Source: Selaginella moellendorffii
Taxonomy: Eukaryota > Plantae > Lycopodiophyta
Assembly: GCF_000143415.4 (NCBI RefSeq)
Contig: NW_003314262.1
Span: 5,411,876-5,475,875, forward strand
Direction of reading: 5' to 3'
Length of the DNA: 64,000 bases
Shown here: piece by piece, positions 47,920-60,620 of the stretch
Layout of the letters: each line of letters opens with the position of its first letter
Position numbering within the stretch: position 1 is the first letter of the stretch
Program-made: the position numbers and the translations under genes
The notes under the pieces: model-generated
Databases searched by the model: none
Seen by the model: the letters and a program-made list of their open reading frames with translations, nothing else
What the model was told of the DNA's origin: nothing

Positions 47920-49850
47920 CTACTAGGGTTTCTAAGGTTTAGCTATGGCCCATAATTCTGACATTTATATGTCCATACTTATGCCTTGATTTAATCTTCA
48001 TTTCTTAAGGTTCTTAAGTGCTTGTGCTAAACATTGCTATGGCAATGTTTTTTCTTTAGGACACTAGCTTTAAGTTAAGTTCTTGGCCATTAAAGAGTGG
48101 TAATACTCATTACTATATAAATCAATTATTTTATATGAGGCAACTAATTATGCACTTATACTATAGTCCTACGGTGAATTTTTTTTTCTAGGCTCATGTA
48201 GCTTCTTGGTTATGGTTTTAGGGTTTAGCATTTAGGAAACCCTAAACCCTAAACCATGGACCCTAAACCCTAAACCTAGGATGGGAAGTTCCCAAAGGAA
48301 ATCTTAGAGGGACAGATTGCTCTCCTACTAAAGCGAGGGGACTTGAAAGTATCTAGTATCATCAAGTTATTAAAGCCATCAATCTAGTAACTAGAATATT
48401 CACTTTTTTCTTTGTTTTCTTTATTTTATTTTTTCCTCATACACCACTTCATCTATTATTATAATTAGTCTAAATCATTTTAAATAATGTTTTGCCCACC
48501 CATCCACTCACTATACCAATATATAACACTCATTATAGTTGCATTATTCAAGTTTCTCATTATATATTTCATTTAGGGATGTCATTTTATCACAATCCTT
48601 ATATGAATGGTCTTGAGTAATTGGAATTAGGGTTTAGTGTTATATTCAGGTTTAAGGTTTTTAGTTCGATTATCCCTAAACCCTAAACCCCAAACCCTAA
48701 ACCAGGGCAAACTAACCTTTTAGGGTTTAGGTTTAAGGTTGAAATGACCCTAAACCACATAAAACCATATAAAACACTAGGGTTTGTTAAACCCTAAAGC
48801 TAGTGGATAAGTCTCAGTTATTTCTTTTCTCATAAGAACTCATTACATCACTTCATCTATCATTATAATTAGTTTAAAACATTTTAAATAATGTTTTGCC
48901 CACCTATCCACTCACTATACTAATATATAACACTCACTATAATAGCATAAATCACGTTTCTCATTATATATTTGATTTAGGGATCTTTTTGTCATAAGCC
49001 TGACGTGAATAGTCTTGAACAATCAAATTTAGCATTTAGGGTTTAGGGTTTAAACCCTAAACCATGGCAAAGACCAGGGTTTAGGGTTTGAACCCAATAC
49101 AGCTATAATATAGTTGATATTAAGAACCCTAAAACCTGGTTTCTCATTATATATTTATTTATTTAGGATTGGTTTAGGGTTTAGGGTTTAGGGTTTAAAA
49201 TAAAACCCTAAAGCTAATGGACAAGTCTTAGTTATTTTCATCATTCAATCATATTTATCCATACATAATTTAATTACACTATAGTTATAACTATAGTTAT
49301 ACCTTGATTGAATCTTCATTTTTTAAGGTTTATTAGGTGATTGTGTTAGTGCTCAAGATTACTATGGCAATGTTTTTCTTTGCAACACTAGTTTAAATTA
49401 AATTCTTGGCCACTAAAGCAATTATTTTATATAAGGTAACTAATTATTTACTTATACTATAGTCCTACAGTGAATTCTTTTTCTGGGCTACTACCTTTTA
49501 GCTAGGTTCTTCGCTATTGATATATTAGTTTATTCCTAGAGATAAATTAAGAACCCTAGAATTTAGGGTTTAGGGTTTATGCCTTTGAAACTACTTTAAA
49601 CCCAAGGGTAAACCCTAGGGTTTTCACCTTAAACCCTATAATAAGTTTGGCTTTCCTTTATAGTTTTCAAGTGGTAACAATTCATTAGAGCCATTAGTCT
49701 ATCAAATAACCAAAGTATTAACTAAAATATTTTGTTATTGTAACCAATTATCTCACAATATTTCTCAATATATTGTGCATTTACTAAATTTAAACCCTAA
49801 AGTTTTATGTGGTCATTTTAAAGCCTAAACCCTAAATCCTAGGATTCCTA
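47920..49850. repeat. Scattered plant telomere-type repeats (TTTAGGG/CCCTAAA) within duplicated AT-rich blocks
   Basis: For example, (TTTAGGG)3 at about 49153 and CCCTAAA runs at about 48241 and 48674; both orientations. Confidence 0.85.
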
Positions 49851-50084
49851 ATGATTGCTCAAAGACCATTCACATAAGGTTTATGATAAAATGATATCCC
49901 TTAATAAATAAATATATAATGAGAAGCTTGAATTATGCAACTATAGTGAGTGTTATATGGGTGGGAAAAATGTTATTTAAAATGACTTAAGAGTAATTAT
50001 AGTAATAGATGAAGTGACATGATGAGTTTTTATGAGAAAATCAATAAATAAAGAAAAAAAACAAGACATAATTGAGGGTTTAGA

Positions 50085-50375
50085 GTTGAAGGTATGTTTT
50101 ACATTGGTCTTTACTTTATCAGTTGACCTTGTTCAATTTTCCAGGTTCCGCATCAAAGCAATGCTATGGATTGTGGAGTCTACATAATGCACTTCATGGA
50201 GACATTCATAAAGAAATCTCCTGATAATCTTGTGATGGAGATTGTAGATAAAATGGTATGTTGATAATTTTTTTTTTTTGTATTGGTCTCTAAATTTGGG
50301 TTCTTTTTAGCTTTCCTCCAAGAAAATCATGCTTAGAAACCAGATATGATATGAAATTCTAAAAGTCACTGCAGA
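50085..50375 (+). pseudogene. Second fragment of the Ulp1 catalytic-Cys exon
   Basis: VPHQSNAMDCGVYIMHFMETF; matches about 44883-45165 including introns. Confidence 0.85.
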
Positions 50376-50380
50376 ACAAT

Positions 50381-50767
50381 CTCCAGACGCTGTCTCCTAC
50401 AACTCGATCATCTCGGCTCTTGGTCACAACTCCCAGCCAAGGCAAGCTCTCTTTTGCTTTCGGTGCATGCTGCTTGACGGCAATCTATCGAGTCTAATCA
50501 CATTCATCTCTGTCGCTCACGCTTGCGGGTGTATAGGCGACCCTAGGCTAGCTATGGCTCTCTGTTTGCTGATTCGAGAGTGTAGCGGAGTCACGACTAG
50601 CGATTCGGTTTTGAGATCGGCTATTGTGATGCATGGAAGATGTGGAGATGTGGAGATGTGGAAGTAGAAAGGGAGGCTTAAGAATCTTATGCAAAGGAGG
50701 AGCTAAGCTGCACATCAATGGTTGTTGTGTAAGTTCTTAAACTTTAGACGTCTTTTGTTGATAGCCA
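50381..50767 (+). pseudogene. PPR gene fragment (left arm of an inverted repeat)
   Basis: PDAVSYNSIISAL..ITFISVAHAC..MHGRCGDVE; reverse complement of 52877-53264. Confidence 0.85.
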
Positions 50768-52712
50768 GCTTTAGGTTCCTGACGGTTATCTCTTTATAAC
50801 AGATAAGCCTCACAGACTACTTTTCGAACATAGCTTAAAATGCTCATGTACGTGTCAGTTTTTCTAAACTTTTCTTTAAAGAACTTACCATGAATTTTGT
50901 TGTAAGCTTTCATGCTTTGTAGAAGTGCCTTCCGAGTGGAAAAATCCAAGCTAAGACAGAGCCTCAAAATGTCCTGACTCATTTGAGTTACATTTGCTCT
51001 TTTGCATTTTGCTTTTTCCTGCATTTAGCAATTAGTCTTTAGCTTTTCATTTGGCTTAAGGTCTACCTGGTCGTCCGCTTTGTCACCCATAGCTTCATCC
51101 TTATCCTTCTCCTGCTCACATGCAGTAGCAACTTCTTGCTCGTCGTCATTCCCCTTGACAGTTTTTTTTTACGCCTTTGGAAGAATTTTTTTGGCAAAGT
51201 TTCCTTCCTAATTCCATCATTTTCCTTGGCATCTCTCTGCAAATAGTGGTTGGTATTTAGCTATAAAGATGAGTAACTAAATAAACATAAAAATTTACTT
51301 TTTCTTTGTCCGCATTTCCATCCATGCGAGTTCTTTCTTGCTGTTCTTGGCTTTCTCCCTCCACCAGAGTTTCTCTTTCTCTTTCTTCATGCTCGTGCTG
51401 CACAATATAGGGAGATAAGAACAAGAACTAGTTTATGCAATAAGCAAATTACCACTTCCTGCTCACATCATTGTCGCTCCTCCTCATTGTTCCTTATTCC
51501 ATCATCTCTATGAAAATAGTGGTTAGTCTTTAGCTTGTTTGAAGACGAGTAACTAAATAAACATAAAACTTTACCTTTTCTTTATTTGCATTTTCATCCA
51601 CACGAGTTCGTTCTTGCTATTCTTGGCTTTCTCCCTCCACCAGAGTTTCTAGTTCTCTTTCTTCATGCTCTTGCTGCGCAATAACGAGGGCTAAAGGCTC
51701 AGTCTTTTTCTTCTTCTGTTCTCGCTCCTTAGTTCGCATTTCCTCTTTCTCTGCAGAAAAAACAGAGTAAAACTGTTTCAAAAAAAAATAAAATTACCAG
51801 CTCCTGCTCATGTTGAGTAGCACGTAATCGTCTATCCTGCTTCTTGTTGTCATTCACCAGCATCAATTCCGTGTAGTGTTTTTTCCATGTTTTAATACCT
51901 TGCAGGATTTTTATTTTTTGGCTCTCTTCGTCCTTGATGTGGCTATACTTCATGTTTAGAAGCTTGAGCTTCTGGTTCTCTAGTCTGCGTGGCAGCACTT
52001 CATTCTGCACCTGATTTTCTAAATCCTGCATAACAAAAATTTGCATAAAAATTCGAATGAGATTTGAGGAAAAAAAATTCTGCACTTGGTACTTCCTCGA
52101 GGAGGACTCCTGCTTAGTCTTCCTCCCGTTTCCATTTCCTGACTTTAGCATTGTCAACTGGAAAAAACAATATTAGAAAAGAAAAACATACAAAAAACGT
52201 ACGATTTCACGGTTGTGAATTCTGATCCTACATTGATTCAGAGCTGCCTTATTGAAAAATTGCTGATCGCAAACTCCATCCAGGGGGTGAGCAAGGACAT
52301 TCTCAAGCTTGCATACATATGGCTTGTCGTCTCCATCCTCAAAACACTCCCATTCATTTGCATCGCTAAATGCGTCGATGTCTTCCTTGGCCGAGGCGGC
52401 TCTGCGCATCACTAAAAAATTGCCGAAGATGAGCAACCAGATTTTAAACAAAAGTAAAAACTAAAACCAAAAACCCCTTCACGGGTGTGCATCTATGAAA
52501 AAAAACAGCCATAAGCAGCCTGAAATGAAAAGAAAGAATCCTTTTGTGAGAAATGAAAGAAAGAGGAAACGCCACACTTGAGCTTCCTACTGAGGATCTT
52601 GATCGGCGGCTCAAGTAGATGCCACAGATAAGCAGCCCATTGATGAACAAAAGCCAAGAGACAGACCAAAGACTAAAACCCTCATTAGGCATCCGTTTTC
52701 ACCGAAACAAAA
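50768..52712 (-). pseudogene. Inverted, internally deleted paralog of the Ulp1-like gene (no LTR insertion, no protease domain)
   Basis: ORFs 52173-52451, 51729-52157 and 50794-51024 mirror 35046-35321, 35448-35933 and 46275-46505. Confidence 0.9.
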
Positions 52713-52896
52713 TCTATGTGACAGAGAATCTTACCCATCTGGACACCTGGAATGTAGGCTAGATCTTGGGATCGATCAATCTCTAGCTTCCCCAGCACCG
52801 CCGCCCTCGCCTTCCAACAATACCCTCACCCTAAACCGAACTCTCACCGCTAGAATAAGGTTATTGGCAAGGGTTTTGGCTATCAACAAAAGATGT

Positions 52897-53376
52897 CTAA
52901 AGTTTCTGGTTTTGAATGTACGCAGCAACCATTGACGTGCAGTTTAGCTCGTCCTTTGCATAAGATTCATAAGCCTCCCTTGCTGCTTCCACATCTCCAC
53001 ATCTTCCATGCATTGCAACTATAGCCGATCTCAAAACCGAATCGCTGGTCGTGACTCCGCTACACTCTCGAATCAGCGAACAGAGAGCCACAGCTGGCCT
53101 AGGGTCGCCTATACACCCGCAAGCGTGAGCGACAGAGATGAATGTGATTAGACTCAGTAGATTGCCATCAAGCAACATGCACCGAAAGAAAAAGAGAGCT
53201 TGCCTTGGCTGGGAGTTGTGACCAAGAGCCGAGATGATCGAGTTGTAGGAGACAGCGTCTGGAGCTTCTATAATGTAGAACATGTCGTGCAGCTTGTCGA
53301 GCATTCCACACTTCCCATACATGCTCAGGAGAGTGTTCTGCAAAGTCAAGTCAGTGTCGAAACCAGTTTGCATCAA
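52897..53376 (-). pseudogene. PLS-class PPR fragment (right arm of the inverted repeat)
   Basis: LQNTLLSMYGKCGMLD..DAVSYNSIISAL; truncated at both ends. Confidence 0.85.
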
Positions 53377-53504
53377 GCCACATCAATATTTATTAGAAAC
53401 ACATTTCTTAGTCAAAAATCACATTCATATCTAGATATATTTTTTGAGTTAATACTATATACTAAAAATAAAATTTTATGGTTAATAAAACTTTTAATTA
53501 AGGA

Positions 53505-53730
53505 TTTTTATTGTGTTTTAAGATTACAAGAGGATGGAAACTTAGTTTTATATTCTGGTAAAAGATATGCAATTTGGTCATCTAGTACTAATTGCAAATA
53601 TCTTCATTGTTTTCTAAATACACATATGATTGTGCAAGATGATTATAATTTAGTTTTATATTCAAATTATCAAAAATAGTTTAGTACCCATCTATTGGCA
53701 TATTTTATTTGGGTTTCAAATACATTTTGT
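53505..53730 (+). pseudogene. Bulb-type (GNA) mannose-binding lectin fragment
   Basis: LRLQEDGNLVLY..IWSS and MIVQDDYNLVLY, matching QxDxNxVxY; AT-drifted and truncated. Confidence 0.7.
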
Positions 53731-56700
53731 TAATTCATATGGAACATAATAACTAAAAACATTTATCCTGATAAAATCCTATTACGAAAACATTTAGAAA
53801 ATATAAAAAACTATTTAATATTTGTGATATTAATTATATGTATCAAAAAAATTCTAAACTAAATTTTAAACTAATTATTATTGTAAACACACAATTCCCC
53901 TTTGAATAGAAATAAAAATATTTTAAATAAATTTAACGTTCTAAGCTGCTCATTATCTATATTTAATACTATGAATATCAAGATATTTTGTATTTGCAAC
54001 TAGAAACCTTTTATCAATGTTATAAAACACATTGCCACTTGGTTTTACATTGTAAATAATATTATCTCAAATTTTACCTTTAGTTAAATCTTGAACTCAT
54101 AATTTGATAGTTACTAAATTTGCAATTTCTTAGGCTCTATATTTTTTATGTAGAAGTGTTTTGATGTAATGATAATAAAATATTGTTATAATAGTTTTAG
54201 ATTCTAAGGTCTTTTAGTTTTTATCATATTGCTATTTCTTCCCAATTTGATAACTTAATATATAAATATTGTTTGATATATAAACAATTTTCACTGATTG
54301 ATCTAGCTGTTTATAAAAGTCACTGTATCCTAATTTAAGTGTTTGTGTTGGTTGTTGTTTTGGTCATAAGGAGCTGTTAATTGTCTTTGATCATATACAA
54401 CAGGATTTGCCATATGCAACATATGCATATACACTTCCTGTCATACAATATCATTAGCTTGGATGATTAGTTTTTCTAAAGCCTTGTTCACATATTGGGA
54501 AATGTTAATATGATCCTCTTTTTGACTACATTGTCATCTTTAAAGTTTTGCTAACATCTTCTACAATCATGTTTGCAACATCCCAAGCTTCTTCACAGTC
54601 TGGTCTTCTAGATAGTGTTGCTTGGCTTCTTCTATTTGTTCTTGGGCCATCAGTCCTTTGGTTTGTTCCATTGAACTATTAGCCTTTTTTGTATATTACA
54701 ATATAAGAATATTCTAGGGTGTGAGGGTTATTCCAAAAGAGGGGTACATTCCCTTTCTCCCATACTTCTTAAGGTTTGTTGGAGGATGAATGGAGTTTAA
54801 GCATGTTTCCACCATTGAAAGCTCCCACTCCTAACCCAACATTTGCTAAATCTATTGGGAGGATTACTGATCCTCCTTTATAGTTTTTGGTTTTCCTTTG
54901 GATTTTCTTCTTTCTAGTGATGTAAGGAGTCTTCCTAGGATGTAGAGGAGCTTGCCCAAGAGCTCCTCTATGTCTTAGGATGTTCCAGGGCCAAATCTTT
55001 TGAAGTCTTCTTATATTTTTCGCTTTCTTGCTCATGATGATAAAGTTTTTCATCTTGTGTTGTGTTCATTGATCTTTTTGGAAAATGGAGGTGTTGGGTT
55101 TGCAGATCCAGGCTAAACATGTATCTAGAATAAAAAAATTTGCAAATCCATACAAAGATTTTTTCATGCAGCCATTGTTTCTTCATGGTGTGCATGTCAG
55201 TCATTCTAGAGCTTGGTGAACACAATATACTCAACCATTTCAATAATTCTTGGTCCCATCAAATAGATCTACTCATGGGCTCCTTGCATACAGATTTTGC
55301 CCTAAGATTGAGCTTTCTTTTTAGGCTCTTTAATTTAAGTATAAAGGAAGTATAGGGAGCTTTTATACAAATCTAAGCAACTGAAGAGGATTTTGAATAG
55401 CTCTTGGCAAGATCTTTCTAATAAGGTTGAGAACACAACAGCCATAAGATCTTAATGCTTTTTCATTCAAGTATGTGCTCAAGTTTTTAAGTTTGTTCTA
55501 GTGGGATTTTTAAGTTTGTCTTTTTTGTGAGATTGTAATGCTTGTTTCTAACTTTCTACTGTTTCATGATTTTTGGAGTTGTTTACAAAAAGTTTGAGGG
55601 TCTATTGTGTAATTTGATATTGAATCATAGTGCCCTAAAGTGTATTTAGCTGCATCATCCCTCACGTTTGATCATCTCCTTTTGTTAAGAGACTCTTGAT
55701 TGAGACAAGAGTAAGATCTTGCATACAATGAGCAGACAAAAGACTATAATGTGTTATAATGAATGATACTATATCACAAAACTCAGTGACTTGAGTATTT
55801 TCAACTTTGGACTATCACTTCAACATATACCTAAATATGATATTTGGCATATCTCAGAAGGTTGATACTTGTTTATATTTGTTGTTTAGGTGCTAGTCAC
55901 ATAGAAGTTCTCAATACACTCACTTGGTTCAAGGGAAAGTTCTCTAGGCAATGTTGACTACTAGCTAGTGGTGTTGGTAAACAAGTCTTTGTCATTTATA
56001 GTGGATTCCAAAGAGAAGAGTGACTAGAACATTACACTAATAGTAGCTATTATCCACTTCCTCCATAGAGCAATGGACGTTTTAGTGTCTCAGCTTAGGA
56101 ATATATTAACCAATTTTAAATTTACTTGAGGTACAACTAGATCACTGAAGATGTTGTGGCTTTCCTTTAATTCTTGAAGGGAAAAGTAGCAAATAGGGCA
56201 TCATTTTTTCTTCCAAATGAGCAACAATTTCTAGTTATGATGATAGATAAGTCCCTTAAGTAATTTAGAATGGAAAAACCAGCTAATAACTCTATATAAA
56301 ATTGTTTTCATTCATGCAAGAGAGTATTGATGAGTACACCATTGAAGTAGTTCCAGAAGCTTTAATGTAAGTGTTTGATGTAGAGGCTTATAATAGATGA
56401 AAAGCCTATGATATCAGCCAGGCCCTATGAGCAGGAGGCAAGAATTTGGATGACATGTATTACAGAATTATTATAATTTAATTAGTACTTAATATATTAT
56501 TATTATTATTATTTTTATATTTTATCAAATAATTTTTGGTTTGCTTAATGTGGTAGTGGGTATACCTAGAATATGTTTGGATCTTCTGGGATATGCTACT
56601 ATCTAACCATTGTTATTCATTTAGATTAATCTTGTATTTAGAATTTATAAATATGTTTATAATTACTGATCAATTGTATTAATAAATAATACTAGTATTA

Positions 56701-57417
56701 AGCAAACTAAGTGTTGCTGCATGCAACATACAATAAATTTTTTTGTGTTCATTGGGAAATATTTAATTTAACATCTGAAATGTAAATATTTAAAGAAGTG
56801 TTTAAAAATAATATATAGCATTTAGCTATAATTTTGTTGAAAAAAATCATTTAGGTTTTTCTTCATAACCAAATATATTGATTAGAAAAAATATTAAGTT
56901 TGTAATTTTAGGTAGTATTATGAAATCGTTCAACCACATATTTTGGCAGGACATGTTCATCAAGCTTGATATCTATTCGTAAGCTTCCAGACATATGCTC
57001 AACTAACTTATGTCATCAAAGATACTACTAATAATAATGCTAACCATAGTTTACATCGTTGACATCTTACTCTCATTACAGCTAAAACTGCCCTGTCCAC
57101 CGTCCGATTTGGGGCTCCAACGGCGAAGGTCAAAGAGGCTTTTCCATCGCCTGGCATTTTTCCTTGAGAAGCTTTTTCCCTCTCCAAATCTTCTTTTCCA
57201 TCCCCGACCCGAGCATTTCGCGACTAAACCTGCGGGTGCTCCTCCAGGGAGCACCACCACGCTCGTCGAATGTGACCGAGATCTCTTGCGTCTTGTGCAG
57301 ATCTGGGACCTCTTCCATGGCTCTGGAGAGAGGCTCATCTCGCAGCCAGAGATGTGAGCACCAAGTTAAGTTGGTCCTGCTAAATGGAGTTTATATACGT
57401 ACAGCTGACAACAGACC

Positions 57418-59987
57418 TTAGGAAGGAAGTCCTCGATTACCTGTAGCGTTTACGGTGTCCATGGCAGTGTCCGAAACTTTTCCAACTTCAGTGTCCTTGG
57501 CGGTGTCCATAGAGCTTGAAACTTTTCCAACTTCAGCAGCGTCGATAGAGCTTGAAACTTTTCCAGCGTCAGTGTCCACAGCAGAGCTTGAAACTTTTCC
57601 ACTTTCAGTGTCCATGGCAGAGCTTGAGACTTTTCCACTTTCAGCAGCTGGATTTCCGTCACCTTCAACAGCATCTACGGAATCTCGTTTCTCCTCGTTA
57701 CCACTTGTTGAAGGTGGAGTTTCTTCCGCCCCCTCTCGCTTTTCACTATCGCCCGCAGCTTCTTTATTCGTTTCCAGAGTCACAGGCTCGTTCGGCTTCA
57801 GTTCTTCTGCCCCCCTTGCGTCATTATGGTCGTCGTTCCCTGCCTCATCGTTTTTGTTGTCGCCATGACCTTCTTCCGCCTCGCTCTCTTTTTCCTTTTC
57901 CTTCTCCTTCTCCTTTCCTTTCTCATTGACACCTATCTTCTTTTGAACTTCCTCGAACTTGGATGTTGCCCATGGCGCAATGCCAACAGTCGGACTAGGA
58001 TTGACAGTCCCTATGGTGAGAGAAGATATAGAATCCCGAGCCGAATACCAGCTATGGCCGCACTTCAGGCACTCCAGCTGAAACAAAAACCGTGTCAATG
58101 CATACAAAATACAAACAGGAAACCAGACCTGGTATCTATCCCCGTGGGGAGCGTTGATGATGTCCTTAACTCCTACTTGAGGTTCTCCGCATAGAGCACA
58201 GCGAACGTCTGCCATCTGTTTGAAAACCTCGATGAGGAAAACCTTCAAACTTATGGCCAGTTACCTGTACAGTTTGAGGTTGTTCGGGTTCTTGCGCACT
58301 CTTTTCAGCTGCAGTCATTCCATCCTGGAACGAGAACAGGCATTCGTATCTCAACAGAAAACAAAGAAGAAGAACAAATTCCGACCTTTAGCTCCGAAGG
58401 CGTCATATTAACAACAGTCAATGCTTGTAACTCCTTTGCAAGTAGCCTACGAGCCAAAACAGGACCGTTCTGCAACAGAAAATCGCGTTGGCGAAAAAGC
58501 GAACTTCACGAAACTTACCCTAAGGTTGTACTCTAAAGATCGCATTTTCAGGTTGAACTTGCGCTCGTCTAACGCCTCATAAGCTGCGGTTTCTAGAGAA
58601 GAAACCGCCGAGACCGCTTGCTCGGGAGTAAATTGCGGGTCCTGAATGCAGAACAAGTTAATCCAAACATGAAATAATACAGAAAACCACCTTTTCTCCT
58701 GCAGCTTCCGAGCCTTCTTGCTGTGTGGTCATATAGAAGGATTTGATGCTTGACATGATCTTCTCCAACCAGCGGTCCCTTTTGATATTCCCAGTTAGCA
58801 CATTCATCTGCCGAAGCATCGCATTCACGTCTCCGTCCGCACCAGGAGTTACAGCCTCGACTTTAGCAACACTAGGTGTTTCAACCTCCTCGGCTTTCCC
58901 ACCTGGAGTGTCGCCTCCCTCCTCCATGGCAGCGATCTCTTCCTTCAAAACAGTTAGTGCTGGAGGATGAGGGATCGTTTTTCTTCGCAGCGTCCTCCTC
59001 ACAGGCTTGTCCGGTTTGTCGGATTTCTCAGTCACCGCAATCACTTCCTCGACTTCGGCATCCTGAAGACCTCCCAGTGCCTTATGTGTCTTCTGCACAA
59101 GCAGGTCGATTTCCTTCTGCTTTGCATCCTCGTAGTCTTTGTCCGTCAAGTTCCAGAGCTTCTTCTCCACGGTGTCATAAACCTTGCGAACTATAAACCC
59201 TGGATGCAGGGACCGAGGTGGCGACTTCTTGTGCGACGGTATGAAATGCACGACGCACTTGTGCATCACCGATTCCGCCGGAACTTCGTCCCTGTGGAAG
59301 CTGTAAAACAGTTCTCGAGTATCGTCGGCCACCCAGCTACCTCCACCTTTCCTTTCAGCTTCCTCAGGCCGATAGAACCATTGTCCAGTCACAGCAATAG
59401 AACCATCCTTGTATTCTTTGATTTCCTGGAAGATGTGAATGCGATAAGGAAAACAAAGCCGCCAAAAAGTTTGAAAAAAACGCACCTTGATAATCGCTAC
59501 ATATGGCTTCTGACTTTTTTCCTCTGGTGTTACTAGCACGGAATCCTCCTGCACATAAGCGTCTTCTATAAGGAAAAGCAAAGTAGATAAAATACAGAAG
59601 AGACTTTCACAAGGTTCGAAAAAAAAAGCGAATTTCCAAAAGCACTGGAAAAGAAAACGGAAGAAATGCGATAACGAAAAGAACAAAAACGAGATAAGCT
59701 GGGAAACCAAGAGTCGGAGGAATCTAAAGGCACACTAGAAGAAAACTAGAAGTTGAGAAGAGTTTTAGAGGAAATGGAGCATCACTCTAGAACTAGAAAA
59801 CACTTACCAGGCAGTAGCGAGCACCATCGAGCTCAAATTCCTTGTAGAACTTACGCTCGGACCTCCCGCGGCCAGTCTTCCTGATCACCTCGCCAATTGG
59901 CTTCACGTCCATGCTCTGTTCCTCCGGGGCCTCTTCGCTGCTGTTCTCCACCTCTTCGCTCACCTTGGCTGCCTTCCTCTTCACCAT
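57418..59987 (-). CDS. BAH domain + TFIIS central domain + Zn-ribbon protein (AIPP3-like)
   Basis: QKPYVAIIK, GQWFYRPEEA, RELFYSFHRDEVPAESVMHKCVVHF, KMRSLEYNL, CALC..LECLKCGHSWY. The stop is at 57418, or about 57367 if a terminal intron is spliced. Confidence 0.9.
57458..57645 (-). repeat. About 36-bp coding tandem repeat, five copies (ESGKVSSSAMDT)
   Basis: AGAGCTTGAAACTTTTCCA units. Confidence 0.85.
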
Positions 59988-60099
59988 CGCTCCCCCCACA
60001 AACCCTAAATGCCAACGTGGATGCCACGAGCCTAAAATAGGGTCCATCTTTGTCGCATTTTTCAAATCTTAGTTCTCGGCTACTTCTTCTTGATCCTCT

Positions 60100-60620
60100 A
60101 GCTTTAGCTCGGAGCGCTGTGACCACGGCTGTGACGATGGGCAAGTATCGATCACGCTCACGAGCGTCACTGATCATGATCGCTTGAACGAGGATCATGG
60201 ACCTCGAGGGAATCCAGCTGAGACATCGAGATCACGTTTGGGATCCCAGGGCCTGGACGATTCAAATTCGTTGTCTTGGTTGTAGGTCGCCATTATCGAG
60301 TTCCAAGAGGCTACATTTGCAACGATTCAGCAGGTTCCATGGCGAGAGCTCTGATCATCATGCTCGTGTGCAGATCTGATCAGATCTCCACACGAGCTCC
60401 AGTGGGAGCTCATGAAGCTCTCAAGATACAGACAGTAAGCCCGTGAACTCCCAAAAATGCAGGAGCTGCAGTGCATCGTGTCAGGTTGGCTTTTCCAGCC
60501 GCCAAAAATGCACCGTTTGCTCCATCGATCTAGACAAGTTTTTCTTTCTGTCATGCTAACGTTTCTTCTCCAGGCCCTCTTCTCCACAAAACTTTCCAAC
60601 GTTACTTGCACGCTTCCATC
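60100..60620 (-). pseudogene. Highly decayed PPR remnant
   Basis: NVASWNSIMATYNQ and VTLVSVIDTC among stops. Confidence 0.45.
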
